Positions 39,801 through 53,400 of a DNA stretch of 64,000 bases are shown piece after piece (within the stretch, counting starts at the first letter, position 1; the number at the start of each line of letters is the position of its first letter). This DNA comes from Malacoraja senta (lineage: Eukaryota). The stretch lies in NCBI GenBank assembly GCA_038087875.1, contig JAXLNO010000529.1, positions 186,001-250,000 on the forward strand. Reading direction: 5' to 3'. The notes under the pieces are model-generated. The model had not been told where the DNA came from. It did not search any database and saw nothing but the letters and a program-made list of their open reading frames with translations. The position numbers were made by a program, and so were the translations under genes.

Positions 39801-42800
39801 CACACAGTCCCACAGTCCCCACACAGTCCCACACAGTCCCACACAGTCCCCACAGTCCCACACAGTCCCCACAATCCCCACACAGTCCCCACAGTCCCAC
39901 ACAGTCCCACACAGTCCCCACAGTCCCACACAGTCCCTCACAGTCCCACACAGTCCCCACAGTCCCCACACAGTCCCCACAGTCCCACACAGTCCCACAG
40001 TCCCACACAGTCCCCCACAGTCCCACACAGTCCCACACAGTCCCCACAGTCCAACACAGTCCCACACAGTCCCCAAAGTCCCACACAGTCCCTACAGTCC
40101 CACACAGTCCCCACAGTCCCCCACAGTCCCACACAGTCCCACACAGTCCCCACAGTCCCACACAGTCCCCACAGTCCCACACAGTCCCACACAGTCCAAC
40201 ACAGTCCCACACAGTCCCACACAGTCCCCACAGTCCCCCACAGTCCCACACAGTCCCCACAGTCCCACACAGTCCCCACAGTCCCACACAGTCCCCACAG
40301 TCCCCCACAGTCCCCCACAGTCCCACACAGTCCCACACAGTCCCCACAGTCCCGCACAGTCCCCACAGTCCCACACAGTCCCACACAGTCCCACACAGTC
40401 CCACACAGTCCCCACAGTCCCACACAGTCCCCACAATCCCCACACAGTCCCACAGTCCCACACAGTCCCACACAGTCCCCACAGTCCCACACAGTCCCTC
40501 ACAGTCCCACACAGTCCCCACAGTCCCCACACAGTCCCCACAGTCCCACACAGTCCCACAGTCCCACACAGTCCCCCACAGTCCCACACAGTCCCACACA
40601 GTCCCCACAGTCCAACACAGTCCCACACAGTCCCCAAAGTCCCACACAGTCCCCACAGTCCCACACAGTCCCCACAGTCCCCCACAGTCCCACACAGTCC
40701 CACACAGTCCCCACAGTCCCACACAGTCCCCACAGTCCCACACAGTCCCACACAGTCCCACACAGTCCCACACAGTCCCCACAGTCCCACACAGTCCCCA
40801 CAATCCCCACACAGTCCCCACAGTCCCACACAGTCCCACACAGTCCCCACAGTCCCCACAGTCCCCACAGTCCCACACAGTCCCCCACAGTCCCACACAG
40901 TCCCCACAGTCCCCCACAGTCCCACACAGTCCCCACAGTCCCACACAGTCCCCACAGTCCCACACAGTCCCACACAGTCCCCACACATTCCCCACAGTCC
41001 CCACACAGTCCCACAGTCCCACAGTCCCCACAGTCCCCCACAGTCCCACACAGTCCCCACAGTCCCACAGTCCCCACAGTCCCAAACAGTCCCACACAGT
41101 CCCCCACAGTCCCACACGGTCCCCACAGAGTCCCCACAGTCCCACACAGTCCCACAGTCCCACACAATCCCCACAGTCCCACACAGTCCCACAGTCACAC
41201 ACAGTCTCCACAGTCCCGCACAGTCCCCACAGTCCCACACAGTCCCACACAGTCCCACACAGTCCCACACAGTCCCCACAGTCCCACACAGTCCCCACAA
41301 TCCCCACACAGTCCCCACAGTCCCACACAGTCCCACACAGTCCCCACAGTCCCACACAGTCCCTCACAGTCCCACACAGTCCCCACAGTCCCCACACAGT
41401 CCCCACAGTCCCACACAGTCCCACAGTCCCACACAGTCCCCCACAGTCCCACACAGTCCCACACAGTCCCCACAGTCCAACACAGTCCCACACAGTCCCC
41501 AAAGTCCCACACAGTCCCCACAGTCCCACACAGTCCCCACAGTCCCCCACAGTCCCACACAGTCCCACACAGTCCCCACAGTCCCACACAGTCCCCACAG
41601 TCCCACACAGTCCCACACAGTCCCACACAGTCCCACACAGTCCCCACAGTCCCACATAGTCCCCACAATCCCCACACAGTCCCCACAGTCCCACACAGTC
41701 CCACACAGTCCCCACAGTCCCCACAGTCCCCACAGTCCCACACAGTCCCCCACAGTCCCACACAGTCCCCACAGTCCCCCACAGTCCCACACAGTCCCCA
41801 CAGTCCCACACAGTCCCCACAGTCCCACCGTCCCCACAGTCCCCACAGTCCCCACACAGTCCCACAGTCCCCACACAGTCCCACGCAGTCCCCACAGTCC
41901 CCACACAGTCCCCACACAGTCCCCACAGTCCCACACAGTCCCACACAGTCCCCACAGTCCCCCACAGTCCCACACAGTCCCCACAGTCCCACACAGTCCC
42001 CACAGTCCCACACAGTCCCCACAGTCCCCCACAGTCCCCCACAGTCCCACACAGTCCCACACAGTCCCCACAGTCCCGCACAGTCCCCACAGTCCCACAC
42101 AGTCCCACACAGTCCCACACAGTCCCACACAGTCCCCACAGTCCCACACAGTCCCCACAATCCCCACACAGTCCCCACAGTCCCACACAGTCCCACACAG
42201 TCCCCACAGTCCCACACAGTCCCTCACAGTCCCACACAGTCCCCACAGTCCCCACACAGTCCCCACAGTCCCACACAGTCCCACAGTCCCACACAGTCCC
42301 CCACAGTCCCACACAGTCCCACACAGTCCCCACAGTCCAACACAGTCCCACACAGTCCCCAAAGTCCCACACAGTCCCCACAGTCCCACACAGTCCCCAC
42401 AGTCCCCCACAGTCCCACACAGTCCCACACAGTCCCCACAGTCCCACACAGTCCCCACAGTCCCACACAGTCCCACACAGTCCCACACAGTCCCACACAG
42501 TCCCCACAGTCCCACACAGTCCCCACAATCCCCACACAGTCCCCAGAGTCCCACACAGTCCCACACAGTCCCCACAGTCCCCACAGTCCCCACAGTCCCA
42601 CACAGTCCCCCACAGTCCCACACAGTCCCCACAGTCCCCCACAGTCCCACACAGTCCCCACAGTCCCACACAGTCCCCACAGTCCCACACAGTCCCACAC
42701 AGTCCCCACACATTCCCCACAGTCCCCACACAGTCCCACAGTCCCACAGTCCCCACAGTCCCCCACAGTCCCACACAGTCCCCACAGTCCCACAGTCCCC

Positions 42801-45800
42801 ACAGTCCCAAACAGTCCCACACAGTCCCCCACAATCCCACACGGTCCCCACAGAGTCCCCACAGTCCCACACAGTCCCACAGTCCCACACAGTCCCCACA
42901 GTCCCACACAGTCCCACAGTCACACACAGTCCCCACAGTCCCGCACAGTCCCCACAGTCCCACACAGTCCCACACAGTCCCACACAGTCCCACACAGTCC
43001 CCACAGTCCCACACAGTCCCCACAATCCCCACACAGTCCCCACAGTCCCCACACAGTCCCACACAGTCCCCACAGTCCCACACAGTCCCTCACAGTCCCA
43101 CACAGTCCCCACAGTCCCCACACAGTCCCCACAGTCCCACACAGTCCCACAGTCCCACACAGTCCCCCACAGTCCCACACAGTCCCACACAGTCCCCACA
43201 GTCCAACACAGTCCCACACAGTCCCCAAAGTCCCACACAGTCCCCACAGTCCCACACAGTCCCCACAGTCCCCCACAGTCCCACACAGTCCCACACAGTC
43301 CCCACAGTCCCACACAGTCCCCACAGTCCCACACAGTCCCACACAGTCCCACACAGTCCCACACAGTCCCCACAGTCCCACACAGTCCCCACAATCCCCA
43401 CACAGTCCCCACAGTCCCACACAGTCCCACACAGTCCCCACAGTCCCCACAGTCCCCACAGTCCCACACAGTCCCCCACAGTCCCACACAGTCCCCACAG
43501 TCCCCCACAGTCCCACACAGTCCCCACAGTCCCACACAGTCCCCACAGTCCCACCGTCCCCACAGTCCCCACAGTCCCACACAGTCCCCAGAGTCCCACA
43601 CAGTCCCACAGTCCCCACAGTCCCCCACAGTCCCACACAGTCCCCACAGTCCCACAGTCCCCACAGTCCCAAACAGTCCCACACAGTCCCCCACAGTCCC
43701 ACACGGTCCCCACAGAGTCCCCACAGTCCCACACAGTCCCACAGTCCCACACAGTCCCCACAGTCCCACACAGTCCCACAGTCACACACAGTCCCCACAG
43801 TCCCACACAGTCCCACACAGTCCCCACACATTCCCCACAGTCCCCACACAGTCCCACAGTCCCCACACAGTCCCACGCAGTCCCCACAGTCCCCACACAG
43901 TCCCCACACAGTCCCCACAGTCCCACACAGTCCCACACAGTCCCCACAGTCCCCCACAGTCCCACACAGTCCCCACAGTCCCACACAGTCCCCACAGTCC
44001 CACACAGTCCCCACAGTCCCCCACAGTCCCACACAGTCCCACACAGTCCCCACAGTCCCACACAGTCCCCACAGTCCCACACAGTCCCACACAGTCCCAC
44101 ACAGTCCCACACAGTCCCCACAGTCCCACACAGTCCCCACAATCCCCACACAGTCCCCACAGTCCCACACAGTCCCACACAGTCCCCACAGTCCCACACA
44201 GTCCCTCACAGTCCCACACAGTCCCCACAGTCCCCACACAGTCCCCACAGTCCCACACAGTCCCACAGTCCCACACAGTCCCCCACAGTCCCACACAGTC
44301 CCACACAGTCCCCACAGTCCAACACAGTCCCACACAGTCCCCAAAGTCCCACACAGTCCCCACAGTCCCACACAGTCCCCACAGTCCCCCACAGTCCCAC
44401 ACAGTCCCACACAGTCCCCACAGTCCCACACAGTCCCCACAGTCCCACACAGTCCCACACAGTCCCACACAGTCCCACACAGTCTCCACAGTCCCACACA
44501 GTCCCCACAATCCCCACACAGTCCCCACAGTCCCACACAGTCCCACACAGTCCCCACAGTCCCACACAGTCCCTCACAGTCCCACACAGTCCCCACAGTC
44601 CCCACACAGTCCCCACAGTCCCACACAGTCCCACAGTCCCACACAGTCCCCCACAGTCCCACACAGTCCCACACAGTCCCCACAGTCCAACACAGTCCCA
44701 CACATTCCCCACACTCCCACACAGTCCCCACAGTCCCACACAGTCCCCACAGTCCCCACAGTTCCCCACAGTCCCACACAGTCCCCACAGTCCCACACAG
44801 TCCCCAGAGTCCCACACAGTCCCCACACAGTCCCACGCAGTCCCCGTACAGTCCCACACAGTCCCCACATTCCCGCACAGTCCCCACAGTGCCCACAGTC
44901 CCTACAACCCCACAGTCCCCACAGGCCGCCACAGTCCCCCACAGTGCCCACAGTCCCCACAGTGCCCACAGTCCCCACACAGTCCCCACAGACCCCACAG
45001 TCCCACACAGTCCCACAGTCCCACACAGTCCCACACAGTCCCCACAGTCCCCACACAGTCCCACACAGTCCCCACAGTCCCACACAGTCCCACAGTCCCA
45101 CACAGTCCCACACAGTCCCACACAGTCCCCACAGTCCCCACACAGTCCCACACAGTCCCCACAGTCCCACACAGTCCCCACAGTCCCACACAGTCCCACA
45201 CAGTCCCACACAGTCCCCACAGTCCCCACAGTCCCACACAGTCCCCCACAGTCCCACACAGTCCCCACAGTCCCCCACAGTCCCACACAGTCCCCACAGT
45301 CCCACACAGTCCCCACAGTCCCACCGTCCCCACAGTCCCCACAGTCCCACACAGTCCCCAGAGTCCCACACAGTCCCACAGTCCCCACAGTCCCCCACAG
45401 TCCCACACAGTCCCCACAGTCCCACAGTCCCCACAGTCCCAAACAGTCACACACAGTCCCCCACAGTCCCACACTGTCCCCACAGAGTCCCCACAGTCCC
45501 ACACAGTCCCACAGTCCCACACAGTCCCCACAGTCCCACACAGCCCCACAGTCCCACACAGTCCCCACAGTCCCACACACTCCCACACAGTCCCCACACA
45601 TTCCCCACAGTCCCCACACAGTCCCACAGTCCCCACACAGTCCCACGCAGTCCCCACAGTCCCCACACAGTCCCCACACAGTCCCCACACAGTCCCACAC
45701 AGTCCCACACCGTCCCACACAGTCCCACAGTCCCACACAGTCCCCCACAGTCCCCACAGTCCCCACACAGTCCCACACAGTCCCACATAGTCCCCCACAG

Positions 45801-46516
45801 TCCCACACAGTCCCACACAGTCCCCACAGTCCCCACAGTCCCACACAGTCCCACACAGTCCCCACAGTCCCCACACAGTCCCACACAGTCCCCACACAGT
45901 CCCACAGTCCCACACAGTCCCACAGTCCACACAGTCCCCACACAGTCCCACAGTCCCCACACAGTCCCCCACAGTCCCCACACAGTCCCACAGTCCCCAC
46001 AGTCCCACACAGTCCCCACAGTCCCCACACAGTCCCACACAGTCCCCACACAGTCCCACAGTCCCACACAGTCCCACAGTCCACACAGTCCCCACACAGT
46101 CCCACAGTCCCCACACAGTCCCCCACAGTCCCCACACAGTCCCACAGTCCCCACAGTCCCCACACAGTCCCACAGTCCCCACACAGTCCCCACATTCCCC
46201 ACAGTCCCCACACAGCCCCCACAGTCCCCACAGTCCCCACACAGTCCCACAGTCCCCACACAGTCCCACACAGTCCCCACAGCCCCCACAGCCCCCACAG
46301 TCCCCACAGTCCCACAGTCCCCGACAGTCCCACAGTCCCACAGTCCCCACACAGTCCCACACAGTCCCCACAGTCCCACAGTCCCCCACAGTCCCCACAT
46401 TCCCCCACAGTCGCACAGTCCCCCACAGTCCCACATTCCCCCACAGTCCCCACAGTCCCCACAGTCCCCCACAGTCCCACATTCCCCCACAGTCCCCACA
46501 GTCCCCACAGTCCCCC

Positions 46517-46551
46517 ACTGTGTGGGACTGTGGGGACTGTGTGGGGTCTGT
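46517..46551 (+). repeat. Short inverted satellite patch at the 5' junction of the insertion
   Basis: ACTGTGTGGGACTGTGGGGACTGTGTGGGGTCTGT: about 3.5 G-orientation units inside the C-oriented array. Confidence 0.95.
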
Positions 46552-47471
46552 AGGGGGCGCTGCTCTGGCAGCAGCCATGTCAGCAGTGCGTCAGTTTTTT
46601 CAACTTTATTTTTTATTTTTAGTATGTTTTAAAATGTGTATTTAATGTTTCTTTGTGTGTCTTGTGTGGGGGGTGGTGTGGGGGGGTAAGGGGGAAACCG
46701 CTTCGGTCGCCTCCTCCATGGAGAGGCGACTTTTTCCAGGTCGCCTCCCCCGTGGCCTAACATCAAGGATCGGCGCGGCCTTTCCCGGAGGCGTGCCCGG
46801 GGCTTCAGCGGCGGGCGCAGCGTGGACTCTCGGCATGGAGCGGGTGAGCCCTCGCTGGGGCTCGCTGGAGGGGAGCGCTCCGTTTCGCTGGCCCGGGGCA
46901 GCCGGCAGCCTGAAGTCGCAGCCTGAAGCCGCGGTCTGCAAAGCTCCAGCTGGTGCGGCGTCTACAGCCCGGGATCCCTCGTGCGGGACCCGGGGGAAGA
47001 AGAAGACACCATCATTGCCGGCCCGCGGCCAACTTCTACCGCGGGGTCGGCATGGACTTACCATCACCCCTGGAGGGGAGCTTCGACCGCCGGCCCTGCA
47101 GTCTACGGTGCTTCTGGCTGCGGCGGGGACTTTAAATCTTGACCGCCGGCCTGCGGCCTACAACAATCTAAAGCCGCGGTCTCCGGTGAGGAAGAGCCGA
47201 TCCTGGACTGACTTGGACTCTGGTCCTGTCCACGGGGGGGAATGGAGGAGGACTGGCCAATTTTTTGTGCCTTCCACCACAGTGATGAATGCTGTGGTGG
47301 ATGTTTGTGTTACCTTTTGTGTGTTCTTTTTTATTGTATCGCTGCTGACAACCCAATCCATTGCCGGGTCGCTGCTCATGCGGTCGACCGGTCGGTGCAG
47401 ATTAAATGTATTGTTTGTTTAAATTGCCCCTCGGGGACAAATAAAGTGCTTGGTTACTGGTTACTGGTTAC
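46551..47471 (+). mobile_element. Non-autonomous retroposon (~920 bp) with GC/CpG-rich body and LINE-type (Rex/Babar-like) 3' end
   Basis: Inserted cleanly into the satellite. The 3' end has hairpin TTGCCCC-TC-GGGGACAA (47424-47440), AATAAA (47440-47445) and a (TGGTTAC)3 tail (47451-47471), an architecture typical of non-LTR elements with tandem-repeat tails. No recognisable protein domain; the family assignment is inference. Confidence 0.7.
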
Positions 47472-50400
47472 ACAGTCCCCACAGTCCCCACAGTCCCCCC
47501 AGTCCCACAGTCCCCACACAGTCCCCACACAGTCCCCACACAGTCCCCACAGTCCCCACAGTCCCTCCAGTCCCACAGTCCCCACACAGTCCCCACACAG
47601 TCCCCACACAGTCCCCACAGTCCCCACAGTCCCCCCAGTCCCACAGTCCCCACACAGTCCCCACACAGTCCCCACAGTCCCACATTCCCCCACAGTCGCA
47701 CAGTCCCCCACAGTCCCACAGTCCCCCACAGTCCCCACAGCCCCCACAGTCCCCACATTCCCCCACAGTCCCCACAGTGCCCACAGTCCCTACAACCCCA
47801 CAGTCCCCACAGGCCCCCACAGTCCCCCACAGTGCCCGCAGTCCCCACAGTGCCCACAGTCCCCACACAGTCCCCACAGTCCCCACAGTCCCACACAGTC
47901 CCACAGTCCCACACAGTCCCACACAGTCCCCACAGTCCCCACACAGTCCCACACAGTCCCCACAGTCCCACACAGTCCCACAGTCCCACACAGTCCCACA
48001 CAGTCCCACACAGTCCCCACAGTCCCCACACAGTCCCACACAGTCCCCACAGTCCCACACAGTCCCCACAGTCCCACACAGTCCCACACAGTCCCACACA
48101 GTCCCCACAGTCCCCACAGTCCCCCACAGTCCCACACAGTCCCCCACAGTCCCACACAGTCCCCACAGTCCCACACAGTCCCCACAGTCCCACCGTCCCC
48201 ACAGTCCCCACAGTCCCACACAGTCCCCAGAGTCCCACACAGTCCCACAGTCCCTACAGTCCCCCACAGTCCCACACAGTCCCCACAGTCCCACAGTCCC
48301 AAACAGTCCCACACAGTCCCCCACAGTCCCACACAGTCCCCACAGAGTCCCCACAGTCCCACACAGTCCCACAGTCCCACACAGTCCCACAGTCCCACAC
48401 AGTCCCACACAGTCCCACACAGTCCCCACACATTCCCCACAGTCCCCACACAGTCCCACAGTACCCACACAGTCCCACGCAGTCCCCACAGTCACCACAC
48501 AGTCCCCACACAGTCCCCACACAGTCCCACACAGTCCCACACAGTCCCACACAGTCCCACAGTCCCACACAGTCCCCCACAGTCCCCACACAGTCCCACA
48601 CAGTCCCACACAGTCCCCCACAGTCCCACACAGTCCCCACACAGTCCCCACAGTCCCACACAGTCCCACACAGTCCCCACAGTCCCCACAGTCCCACACA
48701 GTCCCCACAGTCCCCCACAGTCCCCCACAGTCCCACACAGTCCCCACAGTCCCACACAGTCCCCACAGTCCCACACAGTCCCCACAGTCCCCCACAGTCC
48801 CACACAGTCCCCACAGTCCCACACAGTCCCCACAGTCCCACACAGTCCCACACAGTCCCCACAGTCCCACACAGTCCCCACAATCCCCACACAGTCCCCA
48901 CAGTCCGACACAGTCCCACACAGTCCCACACAGTCCCCCACAGTCCCACACAGTCCCCACAGTCCCCACACAGTCCCCACAGTCCCACACAGTCCCACAG
49001 TCCCACACAGTCCCCCAGTCCCACACAGTCCCACACAGTCCCCACAGTCCAACACAGTCCCACACATTCCCCACAGTCCCACACAGTCCACACAGTCCCA
49101 CACAGTCCCCACAGTCCCCACAGTTCCCCACAGTCCCACACAGTCCCCACAGTCCCCCACAGTCCCACACAGTCCCCACAGTCCCACACAGTCCCCACAC
49201 AGTCCCACGCAGTCCCCATACAGTCCCACACAGTCCCCACAGTCCCCACACAGTCCCCACACAGTCCCACACAGTCCCACACAGTCCCCACACAGTCCCC
49301 ACAGTCCCCACAGTCCCACACACAGTCCTCACACAGTCCCACAGTCCCACACACAGTCCCCACAGTCCCACACAGTCCCACAGTCCCCACAGTCCCCACA
49401 GTCCCCACACAGTCCCACAGTCCCACACAGTCCCACAGCCCCACAGTCCACACAGTCCCCCACAGTCCCCACACAGTCCCACACAGACGCACACAGTCCC
49501 ACACAGTCCCACACAGTCCCACAGCCCCACAGTCCACACAGTCCCCCACAGTCCCCACACAGTCCCACACAGACGCACACAGTCCCACACAGTCCCACAG
49601 TCCCCACAGTCCCCACAGTCCCACACAGTCCCCACAGTCCCACACAGTCCCACACAGTCCCACACAGTCCCCACAGTCCCCACAGTCCCCCACAGTCCCA
49701 CACAGTCCCCACAGTCCCCCACAGTCCCACACAGTCCCCACAGTCCCACACAGTCCCCACAGTCCCACCGTCCCCACAGTCCCCACAGTCCCACACAGTC
49801 CCCAGAGTCCCACACAGTCCCACAGTCCCTACAGTCCCCCACAGTCCCACACAGTCCCCACAGTCCCACAGTCCCAAACAGTCCCACACAGTCCCCCACA
49901 GTCCCACACAGTCCCCACAGAGTCCCCACAGTCCCACACAGTCCCACAGTCCCACACAGTCCCACAGTCCCACACAGTCCCACACAGTCCCACACAGTCC
50001 CCACACATTCCCCACAGTCCCCACACAGTCCCACAGTACCCACACAGTCCCACGCAGTCCCCACAGTCACCACACAGTCCCCACACAGTCCCCACACAGT
50101 CCCACACAGTCCCACACAGTCCCACACAGTCCCACAGTCCCACACAGTCCCCCACAGTCCCCACACAGTCCCACACAGTCCCACACAGTCCCCCACAGTC
50201 CCACACAGTCCCCACACAGTCCCCACAGTCCCACACAGTCCCACACAGTCCCCACAGTCCCCACAGTCCCACACAGTCCCCACAGTCCCCCACAGTCCCC
50301 CACAGTCCCACACAGTCCCCACAGTCCCACACAGTCCCCACAGTCCCACACAGTCCCCACAGTCCCCCACAGTCCCACACAGTCCCACACAGTCCCCACA

Positions 50401-53400
50401 GTCCCACACAGTCCCCACAGTCCCACACAGTCCCACACAGTCCCACACAGTCCCCACAGTCCCACACAGTCCCCACAATTCCCACACAGTCCCCACAGTC
50501 CGACACAGTCCCACACAGTCCCCACAGTCCCACACAGTCCCCCACAGTCCCACACAGTCCCCACAGTCCCCACACAGTCCCCACAGTCCCACACAGTCCC
50601 ACAGTCCCACAGTCCCCCAGTCCCACACAGTCCCACACAGTCCCCACAGTCCAACACAGTCCCACACATTCCCCACAGTCCCACACAGTCCACACAGTCC
50701 CACACAGTCCCCACAGTCCCCACAGTTCCCCACAGTCCCACACAGTCCCCACAGTCCCCCACAGTCCCACACAGTCCCCACAGTCCCACACAGTCCCCAC
50801 ACAGTCCCACGCAGTCCCCATACAGTCCCACACAGTCCCCACAGTCCCCACACAGTCCCCACACAGTCCCACACAGTCCCACACAGTCCCCACACAGTCC
50901 CCACAGTCCCCACAGTCCCACACACAGTCCTCACACAGTCCCACAGTCCCACACACAGTCCCCACAGTCCCACACAGTCCCACAGTCCCCACAGTCCCCA
51001 CAGTCCCCACACAGTCCCACAGTCCCACACAGTCCCACAGCTCCACAGTCCACACAGTCCCCCACAGTCCCCACACAGTCCCACACAGACGCACACAGTC
51101 CCACACAGTCCCACAGTCCCCACAGTCCCACACAGTCCCACACATTCCCACAGTCCCCACAGTCGCACACAGTCCCACACAGTCCCCACAGTCCCCCACA
51201 GTCCCCCACAGTCCCACACAGTCCCCACAGTCCCACACAGTCCCCACAGTCCCACACAGTCCCCACAGTCCCCCACAGTCCCATACAGTCCCACACAGTC
51301 CCCACAGTCCCACACAGTCCCCACAGTCCCACACAGTCCCACACAGTCCCACACAGTCCCACACAGTCCCCACAGTCCCACACAGTCCCCACAATCCCCA
51401 CACAGTCCCCACAGTCCGACACAGTCCCACACAGTCCCCACAGTCCCACACAGTCCCCCACAGTCCCACACAGTCCCCACAGTCCCCACACAGTCCCCAC
51501 AATCCCACACGGTCCCACACAGTCCCCCACAGTCCCACACAGTCCCACACAGTCCCCACAGTCCAACACAGTCCCACACATTCCCCACAGTCCCACACAG
51601 TCCACACAGTCCCACACAGTCCCCACAGTCCCCACAGTCCCACACAGTCCCCACAGTCCCCCACAGTCCCACACAGTCCCCACAGTCCCACACAGTCCCC
51701 ACACAGTCCCACGCAGTCCCCATACAGTCCCACACAGTCCCCACAGTCCCCACACCGTCCCCACACAGTCCCACACAGTCCCACACAGTCCCACACAGTC
51801 CCACAGTCCCCACAGTCCCCACACAGTCCCCATACAGTCCCCACAGTCCCCACAGTCCCCACACAGTCCCCACAGTCCCACACACAGTCCTCACACAGTC
51901 CCACAGTCCCACACACAGTCCCCACAGTCCCACAGTCCCACAGTCCCCACAGTCCCCACACAGTCCCACAGTCCCGACACAGTCCCACAGTCCCACAGTC
52001 CCACAGTCCCCACACAGTCCCACAGTCCCCCCACAGTCCCCACGCAGTCCCACAGTCCCCACACAGCCCCACAGTCCCCACGCAGTCCCACAGTCCCACA
52101 CAGTCCCACAGCCCCACAGTCCACACAGTCCCCCACAGTCCCACAGTCCCCACACAGTCCCACACAGACGCACACAGTCCCACACAGTCCCACACAGTCC
52201 CACAGTCCCCACAGTCCCCACACTCCCACACAGTCCCACACAGTCCCACAGTCCACACAGTCCCCACACAGTCCCACACAGTCCCCACACAGTCCTACAC
52301 AGTCCCCACAGTCCCACACAGTCCCACAGTCCCCACACAGTCCCAAACAGTCCCACAGTCCCCACAGTCCCCACAGTCCCACACAGTCCCACACAGTCCC
52401 CACAGTCCCCACACAGTCCCACACAGTCCCCACACAGTCCCACAGTCCCACACAGTCCCACAGTCCACACAGTCCCCACACAGTCCCACAGTCCCCACAC
52501 AGTCCCCCACAGTCCCCACACAGTCCCACAGTCCCCACAGTCCCCACACAGTCCCACAGTACCCACACAGTCCCCACATTCCCCACAGTCCCCACACAGC
52601 CCCCACAGTCCCCACAGTCCCCACACAGTCCCACAGTCCCCACACAGGCCCACACAGTCCCCACAGTCCCCACAGCCCCCACAGTCCCCACAGCCCCACA
52701 GTCCCCGACAGTCCCACAGTCCCACAGTCCCCACACAGTCCCACACAGTCCCCACAGTCCCAAAGTCCCCCACAGTCCCCACATTCCCCCACAGTCGCAC
52801 AGTCCCCCACAGTCCCACATTCCCCCACAGTCCCCACAGTCCCCACAGTCCCCCACAGTCCCACATTCCCCCACAGTCCCCACAGTCCCCACAGTCCCCC
52901 ACACAGTCCCCACAGTCCCCACAGTCCCCCCAGGCCCACAGTCCCCACGCAGTCTCCACACAGTCCCCACAGTCCCCACACAGTGCCCACAGTCCCCACA
53001 CAGTCCCCACAGTCCCCACAGTCCCCCCAGTCCCACAGTCCCCACACAGTCCCCACAGTCCCCACACAGTCCCCACTGTCCCACATTCCCCCACAGTCGC
53101 ACAGTTCCCCACAGTCCCACAGTCCCCCACAGTCCCCACAGCCCCCACAGTCCCCACATTCCCCCACAGTCGCACAGTCCCCCACAGTCCCACATTCCCC
53201 CACAGTCCCACATTCCCCCACAGTCCCCACAGTCCCCACACAGTCCCCCACAGTCCCCCACAGTCCCACATTCCCCCACAGTCCCCACAGTCCCACAGTC
53301 CCACATCCCCACACAGTCCCACACAGTCCCCACACAGTCCCACACAGTCCCCACAGTCCCCACAGTCCCCACACAGTCCCACAGTACCCACACAGTCCCC

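Noticed and set aside
46546..46562. CTCF-like site (TAGGGGGCGC)
   Set aside because: Only the 3' half of the motif matches; the CCAC/CCAG 5' part is replaced by satellite sequence.
46706..46735. Rho-independent terminator (hairpin plus T5)
   Set aside because: The context is a vertebrate retroposon, so the bacterial interpretation does not apply. Kept only as an RNA structure.
46642..47422. 255-aa (+) and 141-aa (-) ORFs in the GC-rich insertion
   Set aside because: Ala/Gly/Pro/Arg-rich translations expected from high GC; no RT, endonuclease or other domain motifs.
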